64,000 nucleotides of DNA from NCBI GenBank assembly GCA_040954595.2, contig CM082582.2, positions 6,060,303 to 6,124,302 on the forward strand. The letters run 5' to 3'. Both the position numbers and the translations under genes were made by a program. The stretch is from Balanoglossus misakiensis (taxonomy: Eukaryota; Animalia; Hemichordata). Below the pieces are notes generated by a model. The model was not told the origin of the DNA. It made no database searches and saw only the letters and a program-made list of their open reading frames with translations. Below, one piece after another: positions 40,401 through 53,174 of the stretch. Each line of letters begins with the position of its first letter. Position 1 is the stretch's first letter.

Positions 40401-41315
40401 TGTCGGGACTCATATGGCATGACGTTATAGATCTTGTGTGACCTTCATAGGTGCGCAATGGCTCGCCACTATCTAAGTCCTGTCAAAAAGGTACATAGAC
40501 ATAAAATTAATACACTCTGCAATAAAAATCTTAATTTTCCCCCCAGGGACTGTGGATCAATTAATGCTGCAAACACAAGGAAAAATGTTTTCAAGTGTAT
40601 TACAAATGTACACCAAAAAGCCATAGATTTCAAATCCATGTTATTCCAAATTCCTTGAGAGGGTGCAAATTTAGGGGGTGCAACAACGACCCCCCCCCCC
40701 CACCTTACGATTTTGATTGACTTACCCAAATGATGCATGTTTTGTCATTGGATGAAGAAAGAGCTCTGTTGTCGTCGCAACAGAACTGACAAGCTGTTAT
40801 CCCATCCTTGTGACCTCGTATAACTTTTATTTTCACCTGTTGGAGGAAAATTGAAAATGAAGACAAACATCAGTGTCAACCACTTGACTGGATGGTATTA
40901 GCACACTGAAACAAGCTGCATAATCAATGTTCCATTCAGGATATGTTTTTATGCCAGAATATTTTTGGGATTCAACTCTGGCAAGGGGACTCTAAAAAGT
41001 GGCGCTCTCGCACCTGTTGCTATGGAGACTGTGTCAGGCGTCTGTGGATGAAATGTACAATAGTTACAAACACCAAACAAACAAGGGAAACGTAACTTTT
41101 GTGTAGATGTACAATCATTACAAATCCAAAAGGTGTCAACGAGGTAGTGTTCGGTTTCAGATGTACGCAAGTAACGGACGTTGACAGATCTTTGCACGTA
41201 CCTGAGCTAAGTCTTCGTGTTCCCACGTTCCTGACTTGTCCTTATTCACGACATTCAGTTCACCCGTCACATCTAGAGCTAAAGGATCGACATCCATATC
41301 GACTTGTTCTGTCAT
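37462..41315 (-). CDS. WDR88: WD repeat-containing protein 88-like; 9 coding exons
   Basis: Exons 41315-41202 (MTEQVDMDVDPLALD...WEHEDLAQ), 40836-40726 (GHKDGITACQFCCDD), 40479-40330, 39858-39720, 39472-39346, 39077-38893 (GMFRSEGPVTLSKGHEGSVSSC), 38551-38469, 38046-37885 (GHTDWVCGVDISED...LWNIE), 37602-37462 (CNHCGKPF...CVFCRLD, stop). GH...WD repeats plus a C-terminal CxxC...CxxC, as I recall for WDR88. Confidence 0.9.
38791..38882. mobile_element. TTAA mini-element, copy 4 (reverse orientation)
   Basis: TTAACCCCCTTCACCACCATGG...GTTGGACCTCT...GGGGTGGAAGGGG resembles the reverse complement of copy 2. Confidence 0.65.
41016..41029. promoter_or_regulatory. RFX X-box motif in WDR88 intron 1
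   Basis: GTTGCTATGGAGAC fits the X-box consensus and lies about 290 bp from the WDR88 ATG. Confidence 0.55.
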
Positions 41316-41700
41316 GTCAAATATTGTTCTACTGTCTTGTTAGTCAGGAAGAGAACAAACGCTAACTTGCAGAAGGAACGAAGCCCAGCGTTGCACATTT
41401 TACGATCACAACAACACAAGTAAAAGCTCAGTTGCTGTACTGTCGTAAAATAAGGAGCTTTACGTCAAATGGTTTCTTTTGAATGTAATTCAAACCAACC
41501 CCCAAAATATTTTTGTATACAGCAAAAACGACGAGTGTTTTTAAAAGTCCCCAAAGAGTCTATTTGGTTAAAACTGCTGCAGGAAAGTCAACAGTTGAGT
41601 AGTTTCAGTGTTTCCCTGGGTTAAATTTACCCATTTACGTTAGCCTCTTTAACGGCACCTCTTCAGGGATATCCCAGAAGACACCACGGCATCTATCAAC
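41316..41700. promoter_or_regulatory. Probable bidirectional promoter between WDR88 and MARCHF6
   Basis: The divergent start codons are only 385 bp apart. Confidence 0.65.
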
Positions 41701-44700
41701 ATGATCATGGAGGAAGGTACGTATTTTTACATGCTACGAAAATCTGAGAATTTGTGTCGTCAGCATTGCCGATTCGATGTATTTTGGCACTGTTTGGCCT
41801 TGGCATTTACAGTTTTCGTGTCGTCGCCAGTGCAAACTGGTGTTCTGGGGTTTATTTGCTTTTAAGCCAACCAGACAGTGGGTCTTTCTTTACGATGATG
41901 TGTGTTGCCCGCAGTTGTAGGTCACATACTGGGATGGGGGGATATGGGCATATGTGGAAACGGTTGATGGACATGTATGCTTATTACGCCGTCTCCTCGT
42001 CCCCCGCATGCTTGACAAGCCGCATATGTTAACAGTAGTGATTCTCTGACTGTTTCTGGTCGTCACGATATATACGATCTGTACGTTTACTTCTTTGGCT
42101 TCCGTCACTGACACTCGTTTACATTTGATATGTCGATTACAGTCACTCTGTGGAAGCGCATCTCATAAAACATAAGGATGTCAGTCAATATGGCATGGAG
42201 ACGTATATATGATAGCTGGATACAAATCCATTCAGTAGAATATAAGATATGTGTGCAACCTGATTAAAATCTGATGTGGAGATGGGTGGGTCTTTACTCT
42301 CAAATTGTAAATCACCCATTTCTACATCAGATTTTAATCAGACTGATGTACGTATGATGTACCGATTTTGTAATGTAGAGAAGTTGTCAATGTCTGTTAT
42401 TGTAGCTGCAGCTAGAAATGTGATGCGGTTCAACAGCCAAAATGGCACTTAAAAACACATTATTATTATTATCTGCAGTGATTTGTGTTCCGAGTGATTG
42501 AACAACAATCTTGATTGACAGGTGTTGGGCTGTCTGCGTCATTATATTGTGTATTTTTGAGAGTTCATTAAACTGACCCATATCATTCACCTTCATGAAG
42601 TCATACTAGCCTTGACAGTATTGTACAAACCTTGGTGTGATAAGAAAATGGACCAATTCTTATACAAAACTGGGTGTTTAAGCATGCTTTGGGAAGTAGA
42701 ACTATAAATAAGTGGAGGTGCAAAGAAAAACAAGATACATTAAGAAAAATATTCTGAATGATGGTCACATCATAGAATTTCTGTAAATTTGTATTGAGGA
42801 CTTAACTGAAAAGCCCATCCTCTTGTGGGTTTCACATAGAACAAGTCAGTTAATTTGAATTCTGGATGTGGGTACAGGTACCGGTGTTGTGCTTCTGTGG
42901 AATGTGGAAAGGAGCTTTTGTTTCTGCCATGCATTTCAGAGATGCATTTCCACAAGAGTGATCAAAAAATGCCCTTCACAAAAACAACTTTATACACATA
43001 CCTGATTACCAAGCAGAACTATTTTATGCAAGTCATAACCACCAAGACTGCACAGATTGAGTTTATTGAATCAGCGTAGATTCTGATCGTGTTTTGATCT
43101 TTCCATTGCAGGGGATATATGCAGGGTTTGTCGGTCTGAAGGCAGTTCGGACCGACCGCTGTTCCACCCCTGTATCTGTACTGGTAGTATCAAGTTTATT
43201 CATCAAGATTGGTGAGTATCGCTTCGTTTTGATCCATTTTGTGTGTGTGTGTATGTGATGTCATTATTCACAGATATGTAATTTTGTTGTGCAAAAAATG
43301 CTCACGTGAGACAGGTCTGCACAACAATCTCAAGGGGGTGTTTATCTTCCTGTTTTGTTTATTTACACTCATAAATCTTCCTACAATACTACGCTGTGAT
43401 CTAATACTTGACAAACTTGAAAAGAACACATTTTGATTACTGTAAATTGCATCAATAGAGTTTGATTTTTTTTTAATAATAAGAACACAGGTTCATGTAC
43501 AATATATGCACCAACCTTGTTGACTTTTATGAATGTTTTTGTCAACAAGATAGATAACATTTTTCGTAAGGAATGGCAGTAGTACCACATTGAGCCACTT
43601 GGCTTGTCGTCTTATCTGAACTGGATGTTGAACTGACTGTTTGACATGGAGTACGTGCCACATAATTATTGTTGAAATAAATTTGTTGATATGCATTTGT
43701 TTAAAATAAATTATTACGGCATAGATACTGTTAAGCATGCTTGAGGCTGAGCAAATCTAACTAATATTTCAGTTGGTCGATGACACACAGGGCCTGATAG
43801 TCTCAGAAGCATATCAATTATCAAAGAGAGCAAAACATCCCCTGTATGGTACAGTGTACAATCATGATGTCCACACACTTCCCTGGGAAAAAATAAGTGT
43901 GCACTACATGACTAATTTTCCTAATTTTCATTTCAACAACAGCCTTTTACAATGGTTGAAACACAGCAAGAAAGAGTATTGCGAACTCTGCAAACACAAA
44001 TTTTCATTTACTCCAAGTAAGTAGCACTCTATCCATGAACATATTTTCGTTAAAATGTTGCCATTGAAAATTTCCTCAAAGCATTCACTTTGGATTTTCA
44101 CTATATCAGAGACAAGCCCAGAAAAAATGTATGACTGGTTGAACTTGTATACACTTCTATGGGGTTGTATTTGTTATGTAGTACACAGTAAACGAACTAC
44201 AATTTTTACAATAAAATCCAATAATTGTATAGTGATTGGAATCTGCTATAACAAAATCATTGTGTTATGAGTATTTTTAATGCAGATGAATAATTTTGCA
44301 TCATCACTTTTTATTCACAGTTTACTCACCGGACATGCCCTCCCGGCTTCCCATCAAAGACATAGTCAGTGGACTTGCCAGGAATATGGCCACAGCCGTC
44401 AAGTACTGGTTTCATTACACACTGGTGACATTTGCGTGGCTTGGTGTGGTACCCCTAACTGCTTGTAAGTATCACACGTACATCTACCTGTGTAGATTAC
44501 TTGACTCTTATTGGAGTAACTGAGTCTCTACTATACTAAGTTTTATAACACTTCATTCAGTTTAGACTTTGATTTTGTTCTTTTCAGGTCGAATCTACAG
44601 GTGTTTGTTCACTGGTTCTTTGAGTTCTCTGCTAACATTACCGATTGACATGCTATCAACGTAAGTAAACTTATCCTGGATTTAACTTGGAAAAGTTCTG

Positions 44701-46030
44701 TTGATGCTTTTGTTTCTCACCATTCTATTAGGACCAATGCTACTGGGTGTCATACTTGTTTAGTCCCTTAAAATACGCATGTGCCATGTTTCTTCTTAAA
44801 CGTATTTTGACTGTCTTGGCATGGCTCTCATACGTACATAGACACACTTGGCAGTTTGAACCCCCTGTGAAATGTACCAAATCGTACTGGATTGGTTCGA
44901 GGATCTTGTATACATGTACATGTAGGCTCTACTGAGTAACACGCACTTGGCAGTCTAACAGGCCTGGGTGCCAGGATTCTAGGCACCCAGGAAATCAAAC
45001 CAGTTTCAACCGACTTGGCAGCGTTAGGGTTAAACTGTAAAAAAAATGTTTTTGTTTCATTTCAGGGAAAACCTGTTGTCCGATTGTTTCCAAGGATGCT
45101 TCGTGGTGACGTGCACGCTGTGTGCGTTTATCAGTTTGGTTTGGTTGAGGGAACAGATCCTGCACGGTGGAGGGCCTGATTGGTTGGACGAACAGGAAGA
45201 ACATCTTGATGATGTTGTTGCCGAGGTCGCTGCTGAGGATGGTGCGGTTGAGGATGGTGCGGCTGCTCAGAATGCTGCGAATGAACAGCATCAAGAACTG
45301 GCAGTGGAAGAGGTGAGGAGCTTGTCTGTGGTTTGTGAATGCAAGCAAAGGATTGCAGCTTACAAAAAAAAGATTTCTCACATAGAGTTCTGGGCGATTG
45401 TGTATAAGAAATGTAGTATTAGTTGTACCAGTTGATTTTTGACTGAGTGAACACCCTGTATTTTCTGGGTAGATGCTAGTCATTGCCTGTATTTGGAGTT
45501 GGAAATAGATGTTGGCTGATTTTAACATGTGATGGTGCTTTTGCTGTTAAAGTCTTTCGACCATTTCAATCTTTTGATACTAGCGGTAGCAGAATGTCGT
45601 GCTCTTTTTTAAGGGCTATTGTTTTGGAACACTTTTGGAATTTTTAATTTTAATCCCCGATCTTATGTACAACAGCAGAATAACTTTTGTGCATATAATT
45701 AACCGTGAACAGCATAGTGGTGCATAGTTGAGGAATGAAAACCACCATTGACACGTAATTTTCAACCCTTGCCTACCATGTACAGCCTGTGTTGAATGAA
45801 GGCGGCAACCAGCTGGCAGCCGATGCTGCAGTACAAGTTGGTGAAGGTAACATCAACGCTGCTGACAACCAAGACGCAGTCGCCGCTGATGGTGGTGCTG
45901 AAGCACAGAATAATGCACAAGCTGCAGATGCCAATAATGGGGCGCAAGGTATGTTGAAGCATAGGCAGTATTTCCCCCTGTCTATGGTTGAAGACAGTCA
46001 TCGAAATTAATTTTGTCCCTTAGCTAATAC

Positions 46031-46062
<32 letters not shown>

Positions 46063-46811
46063 GGGGGGGGGGAAGATTGGAGAATTGGAGAGGGTAGGTC
46101 AGTGATAGGTGGAGGTACATGTAGGTCAGAAGTGATAATAAGAAAGTTTATGGGTTGGAGATATCAATGCATGTAGCTACAGTTAAGCAACGAGACTGTG
46201 TATACATTCCAATGATTCCCTTGTTTATTTGGTTGTTTTAATTAATGTGTTACTGTTGTACTTGTGCCCACAGAAGATGTGAACTGGAATGCCCTTGAGT
46301 GGGACCGTGCCGCGGAAGAACTCACATGGGAAAGAATGCTAGGATTGGACGGGTCGTTAGTGTTCCTGGAACATGTCTTTTGGGTCGTTTCACTGAACAC
46401 ACTTTTTATCCTCATATTTGGTAAGTAACTAATCAGATGCACCAGAATCTACCCACATGCCCACATGAGGCATACTGTAGCTCGCATTGTCCTCTTGTGT
46501 ATGTAAACACTGGATTGGTACACTCCTAGAAAGATGGTGATGTGAACATCTAAACCTTGTATTCTCGACTCGCCTGGGATGATTTCCTTGGCTACAGTGT
46601 ATTGTATGAACAGTATTAGTATCGTATTGATCATTGTGTGAAATATCTTTCAAATTAAATTTCACATACACACACAGCAATGTTCTAAGAATGGGACATA
46701 CATATAGTAGAGACACTTTGTTACAGATATATGAACACTTCAAAGATAAATGTGCATATAGATTGTGATATTAATGTCCTTAAAATTTCTGTTAACAATG
46801 CTATTTTCCTG

Positions 46812-46842
<31 letters not shown>

Positions 46843-49800
46843 GTCTGTCGTGTGCAGCCTTTTGCCCGTATCACATCGGTAAATTTGCCATAGTCGTGAT
46901 GGGAATGGAGGACTACCTGCAACTGACGCAGTTTGAAGGTTTGCTGACGGCAATGTGTGGCTATGTCATGTTAGCCATGACGCTAGTCATGTTTCACGTA
47001 TCCTTATCCAAACATTCTCCTGAAATAGTTCATATTGCATTGAAGATCAGCTCAGATACATGTACACTATTATTTTAAAATAGAACAAGACAAGTTCATT
47101 ATTTCTGTGATTCTATGTAAAAGATTGAGGAAACTGGCCATCTTTTTACCAATGTCATCTTGAAAGAGTATTGGAAGGGATAAAAGGAAAATTTCATGAA
47201 AATGGCCAGCAAGACATGAATTCCAAACATATGAGTAACTAACATCTTTTATTGTGTGAGTGCTTAGATAACATGAAATTTAACTTACAAGTTCCATGTA
47301 TCTGATATACATTTATTCCTTAATTTGATTGCTACAGTTGATGTCAGCCATGTCTAAATTCAAGAGATGTAAAAGAATCCTAGGGCTGTGCTATGTTGTT
47401 ATAAAAGTTTTTCTTCTAGTAGTGGTAGAAATCGGTATATTTCCGCTGATATGCGGTTGGTGGCTGGATGTCTGCTCATTGGTAAGTAAGATCGCACAAA
47501 TCACATTCTTTATATTTTGCAGTGTACGTTGTGTGGCAGTAATATATGATCAGAGCATGAGTTTAAATTAATGCATTAAGATGAAATACATAATGACACA
47601 CGTGTGCATGAGCAAACTGCAAATAATTTGAAATTTTCTAGCAAACAATCATCAACAGGAAGTTCAGATTTTTGATATGATGATAATCAGTGGTTACCCA
47701 TTATTTGTCATATCAGTAATGGTTCAAAAACGTAAGATTGTGACTGGATATTGGTGAACCATGGACAGTAGAAGGGGGATATCTATGGGTGACAACTGAT
47801 ACATTGTACGTCTAATATGAACTTGCATAGGAATTAACCCAGCAAGTTTGTTGCCATCACAAAACATTTCCGAGCTGATGTCATCAGACTGCTGACTAGA
47901 TGTTGGCACTCATAAGAACTGAGTCTTGATTTTATTTAGCCTTCATTCGTCAAATATCTTTGTTTGCATTTTAGTCCATGTTCGATGCCACGATACAAGA
48001 CCGAGAGGCCAGTTTCAAGTCGGCACCGGGTACAGCCATGTTCTTGCACTGGTTGGTGGGCATGGTCTACGTCTTTTACTTCGCTTCGTTCATCTTGCTA
48101 CTCAGAGAGGTGAGTTGTGTTTTTGGATGCGTCTGAAAACGACCTTGACATTTCATATTCTACTCTGTTGGTTTATCTTCCATTCAAGGTCAGTGTGAAG
48201 ATCATGACACTTGCAGAACTATTGATATTTTTAGAAATACTCACGTCACTCATCTAAACACTTGGCATTTTGGATACTATCAAGGGAGAACAAGAAAATG
48301 TTGTTTGTACACAAAACAAAAATAATGAAAAATAGCCAGAAGATATAATATGTAGTTGCCCTTTAATGTGATATACATGTATACTGCAAGTGCTCATTTG
48401 AATACATTCTCTCACCCTACCAGGTGCTAAGACCAGGTGTGCTGTGGTTTCTGCGTAACCTGAACGATCCCGACTTCAACCCCGTGCAAGAGATGATACA
48501 CCTGCCCGTCTACAGACATGTCAGACGCTTCATATGGTCCATTGTGGTCTTTGGCAGTACTGTCTTGCTCATGCTGTGGATGCCTATACAAGTCATTAAA
48601 AAGGTTTTGCCAGTGTTCCTGCCATACAATGTACTGCTCTCCAGGTGAGTCAAGTATTCCAAATAATGTTTTCTTTTTTACTATCCTCCTATTTTAGTCA
48701 GACCTTTATCTAACTGTACAAATTCTGATGTACAACACTGGGCATTTCTGGCAACTAATTTAGCATGTCAAACATTGGCCAGCAATTGCAGTTCTTCCAT
48801 ACCAAGGAATCAGAGAAAACTGAATTTTGAGACTTTTTCAGACTGCGTGGGTTTCAGTCATAAAGGAGTGTGCCCTCTGTGTCAGTATCTGCATAATGTG
48901 CGCCCTCTGTGTCAATGTGGTTGCAATGACATATGGGGCACTGTCTTGACAAAGGAAAATGTTCCTTTGTATATGTTGTCATAATTTGTTAATTTAAAGA
49001 TTTCTCCAAATTTCAAATTGACTGAAACCTTAGAAACCTTACCTATCAGTGTGCAAGTGAATAGTCGATCCAGTTCAACATACAATCATGTATATATAGT
49101 TCATAGAAAGTGAATTAACTAAACCTCCTTTTTGTGTCATTTTCTGTGTTGACAGCGATGCCCCTGTGAGTGAGTTATCCCTGGAACTTCTCCTGCTTCA
49201 AGTTGTATTGCCAGCTCTGTTAGAACAGGGTCACACGAGAACATGGCTGAAAAACCTGGTCCGAGCATGGACTGTGTTTGCAGCTTACATTCTGTAAGTT
49301 ACTAACGTTCAAATTGTGTGGTAGTAATTTTTTGTGCTGCTCACATTTGTGTGGTCAGCTGCACAATTTGATGTAGCAGAAAATATTTTGGAAAAGGAAT
49401 TTTCACAGTTTTTTCATCCTCTTATGCTTTATTTGGAATAAGAGTTAGCAGTTTCAAGCAGAAAAACTTCCAAACTAACATCCAAGGGATTTGCTAGTAC
49501 AGTGAAACTCGGAAAGGACTGTGTCTTCCACTGACACGTTTGCCTATTTGCTCCCACAACATGAGAGCAAAATGAGTTGAAAGATCACAAAATATAATTA
49601 CAGTCAATACTCATGAGGAAATGATATTTTTATCTTTGCAGGAATTTGAGATCGTACTTACTTGGGGACGTAGCCCTGGAGACCATCGACGGAGTCTACA
49701 TCGATGAAAACGAGGGACAGAACGTCGAGAGGAACGAGCACCACGAAGATGTGGCCGCCGACAACATCGTCAACGACATCATCATGGGGGAGGAGGAGGA

Positions 49801-52800
49801 TCAGGAGGAGGAGGTGGCGGACAACAACTCGGACGAAGACGAAGATGAGTCGAGCGACGATGATGTGGAGATGGCCGACATGGATGATGAGGGGATTGTC
49901 GTAGCCGAAGAGGATCCGGTGGTTTTGCCGCAGCCAGCCGCGCCAATGCCGTTGATCCACAACCAGGCTCTACACGCCGCCCACGAAGCCTTGTTGAACC
50001 AAGGAGGGCCTACTGGATTCCAGCCGTATAAGAGACCCTCTTTGTTCCATTTCAGGGTAAGGCAGAGTTGTATTGACTTCATTATCACTATAAGAGCATT
50101 TTATTTTTTTATTCTTATTAAATATAAGAGAAGGCAGAGGAATATTTGTTAGGATTCCATAAGTAACTAAAGGTAGCATGAAATTGATGTGTTGTGTTCA
50201 ATTTACCTTGCCTCCAAAGTGAAATCATTTGCTATCACTTTTGTAAAATAATAATAATTTGCAATAGAATTGTACATCTAACATGACGGTGAATGAAAAT
50301 TAATTTTAGAAAATTGTTCAACTAGTAACACCAGTGAAAGTGTCAAATTGATGTGAAATGTAGTTCTGAAATTCAGATAATCTCAATATTTGCAAATTAA
50401 AACCTAACGAAGCTTAAATTTTAGCTGCAGTGAAATAAGGGATATACTAAATGAAAATCTGCTCCTTACAAAATTATATCTTTTTTTTTTGTCTTTTTCA
50501 GTTGTTTCTGTTAATCAGCCTGATGTGCGTCACTCTGTTAGTAGCTAGTTTCATCTGCTTGACTGTGCCCGTCACCATCGGACGAGCCATCATGTCGCTG
50601 TGGATGGGCGACGCCAAAGTTCACGAACTCTACACGGCGGCGTGCGGTCTGTACGTCTGCTGGGTGACCCTGCGCGCGGGCACTGTCTTTCTGACGTGGT
50701 TGCCCCACGGCTGGATCAATGTGGCCCAGAGAGTCAAGGAGTACATTGTATTGGTGAGTGTTTTTTGGTGTAGGGGTATAAGCAAGAAAGTGGGGTATCT
50801 TTATATGGTGTGTGTTTGGCTAGACAAGGTGTAAATAATGAGTAACATCTAGAGTAAATTGTACAGTACAGATATCAGAAAACCACAGGAAATGGTGGCA
50901 GTGTGTCAGCATAAATTTGGTATACTGCTTTTGCTTGCGTGAATTTGGCACGTCTTATTCGCTGTTCATATTGTTCTTTTTTTATTTCACTGACGCAGGC
51001 CGTGAAAGCATTGGTGGTGGCGGCCATTTTGATTGGTTTTGTGCCCTTGCTGTTGGGTCTGCTGTTTGAACTGGTCATTGTAGCCCCACTGCGAGTGCCC
51101 CTTGATCAGTCGCCTGTCTTCTTCCCGTGGCAGGTAAGACCATTCCTTGTTTCCGCTTCCTATCACCAACAAGAATTCACTGTTATTCATGATCTGAGTT
51201 ACCGACCAGACTGCTAATGATCAGATCCGAGTTTCAGACTTTTTGTGGTAAATGGTATGGGTGTATGAACTGTACCAGATCTAAAATCCCTAACCCTAAC
51301 CACACTGTCTGATGTGTTTTTATGTCTGCAGGACTGGGCTCTGGGTGTTCTGCATACCAAAATCATTTGTGCAATAACTATGATGGGACCGAGCTGGTGG
51401 CTGAAACGAGCAATGGAACAGGTGTGTGTGTGTGTGTGAGGTGATGTGGTCAGAACTGAGCTGTAGTCTGTGTATACAAGTTGCATCCGTATACTTTTCC
51501 TGCTATATATTATATCTACCGACAATAACATACAAATTGTAGTAGTAGTTACTGTTCTTTACTGGAATGTCTAACATTTACAATTCCATTGTTGTAGTGT
51601 GGTCAATCAGCAAGTCCTATTTCAAAAACCTGTATTGTTTTTTTCATCTCTGTTTGCAGGTTTATCAAGATGGCTTCAGAAACTTGAATTTGAAATTCAT
51701 CTTCCGACACCTGGCGTTGCCCGTGGTAACGAGCCTGCTCTTCGGTTTGTCTGTGCCCTATTTCTGTGCTGCTGGTATTTTCCCATTATTTGGTACGTAA
51801 CAGTCATTCAGTTAGCTTTGTACTTTCCCTTTGCACCACTGTAGTTAGCCCCGATCCCATTATTTGCTGTAGGAAATTCAGACTTTTGCACTAGTAATGG
51901 GTGTGAAAGGGGTTCATCTGAGGGGCAAGGCTAAATGCAGACTTGAAAAAATATGACAATGATTCTTCCCACCTGCTGTTCATTGTGTTCATTTTCAATA
52001 GCTGCTTTCCCTTGACCTCCAGATGAACATAGCCTTTTAAAGTTGCCCGATCTCTGAAGAAAATGAATCCATGCATCAATAAATAAAACTATATCATACA
52101 AATGTCAAAGAATTGAATATTTTTTTAATATATTATTAAATTACAGTGAAATAATGGAATGTGAAGATTTTACTTATAGTGAACTCTAACCTATGATCTC
52201 ACATATCAAATAGGTCAACCTGCATGAAAAGGTCACTCTAGTGTTTGTGTGTGTGACTTTATCGTTTTGTTTTGCTTTGTTTTGTTTAGGTTTTGGTGAG
52301 GAGATAGATCACTTTGTGGTGAGGAGGATTTATCCCGTCTTGCTCATCCTTGTCTCTGTGGTGGCCATCGTTGGTTTCCAAGCAAGACAGTTTAAAAAGT
52401 TATACGAGCACATCAAAAATGAACGGTGAGTCCTGAAATTGATCGTAGGATTCCAGGGTTCTATTCAGAAAAAAATTGAAGGGATCCCAGCTTTTCGTTG
52501 TGAAAATTCTGAACTGAACTGAACTGAAAATTCTAAGCAATCCAAGATAGTCTTGTAAAAGCTGTGTGTCACCGCGCATACACCCTTTTCAAAAGTCTAG
52601 CGCCCTCATGCAGCCATCATGAATTTGAACTCTAAGCGAGATCAGTGGGGAAGTGCCCTTGATGTGTTTGGACAACTTTCACCACTGACCTCACTTTGAG
52701 TTCAAATTCATGATAGTTGCAGATGGCACTGGAGTAACAAAAATGGTGTATTGAGTCTGCATTCTTAATCAGTTTGACCTAACTGCATCTTTTTTAGGTC

Positions 52801-53174
52801 CCATTTGGTTTATATGTATACATATATACCATGGGACCTTATGGGATCGGTTGCGTCTGTCTGTCTGTCTGTATGTATGTATGTATGTATGTATGTACGT
52901 ACGTATGTATGTATGTATGTATGTATGTATGTATGTATGTATGTATGTATGTATGTCTATCTGTCTGTATGTATGTATGTATGTACGTACGTACGTACGA
53001 GTAAGACGTACGTATGTACGTACGTATGAACGTACGTCCGTCCGTCCACAACAAAAACTTGAAAAACGCTGTGTGCATCACCTTGATATTTTTGTTTTGT
53101 TTGTCATTCACAGATATCTGGTTGGACAGAGGCTCGTCAACTACGAGAGGCGCCATCGTACCACCACTTCATAA
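41701..53174 (+). CDS. MARCHF6: E3 ubiquitin ligase MARCHF6 (Doa10/TEB4); RING-CH + multipass membrane region; 20 coding exons
   Basis: Exons 41701-41716, 43112-43211 ([10 protein letters not shown]...[16 protein letters not shown]), 43943-44016 ([16 protein letters not shown]), 44321-44464, 44588-44660, 45066-45312, 45786-45948, 46274-46420 ([24 protein letters not shown]), 46858-46997, 47338-47481, 47975-48109, 48424-48644, 49156-49293, 49642-50056, 50502-50753, 50999-51133, 51332-51421, 51660-51792, 52290-52425, 53114-53174 ([11 protein letters not shown]...*). Start may be 41701 or 41707. Confidence 0.96.
42260..42341 (+). repeat. 29-bp-arm inverted repeat (hairpin) in MARCHF6 intron 1
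   Basis: CTGATTAAAATCTGATGTGGAGATGGGTG / CACCCATTTCTACATCAGATTTTAATCAG with a 24-nt loop. Confidence 0.85.
46998..47337 (+). other. U12-type (minor spliceosome) GT-AG intron in MARCHF6
   Basis: 5' splice site GTATCCTT at 46998; branch site TTCCTTAAT at 47316-47324, ending 13 nt before the end of the intron; no polypyrimidine tract. Confidence 0.88.
52609..52721. repeat. Imperfect foldback (about 45-bp arms), MITE-like, in the last MARCHF6 intron
   Basis: TGCAGCCATCATGAATTTGAACTC...TCAGTGG / CCACTGA...GAGTTCAAATTCATGATAGTTGCA. Confidence 0.75.
52855..53045. repeat. Compound (TATG)n/(TCTG)n/(TACG)n microsatellite
   Basis: Directly visible. Confidence 0.97.

Noticed and set aside
44995-45528. 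177-aa minus-strand ORF
   Set aside because: Antisense to MARCHF6 exon 6; no independent coding signal.
51287-51302. CCCTAACCCTAACC telomere-like motif
   Set aside because: Only two units; expected by chance or from a repeat fragment.
52805-53113. YVCM-repeat ORFs joined to the last MARCHF6 exon
   Set aside because: Intronic (TATG)n; the true exon starts at the acceptor before 53114.
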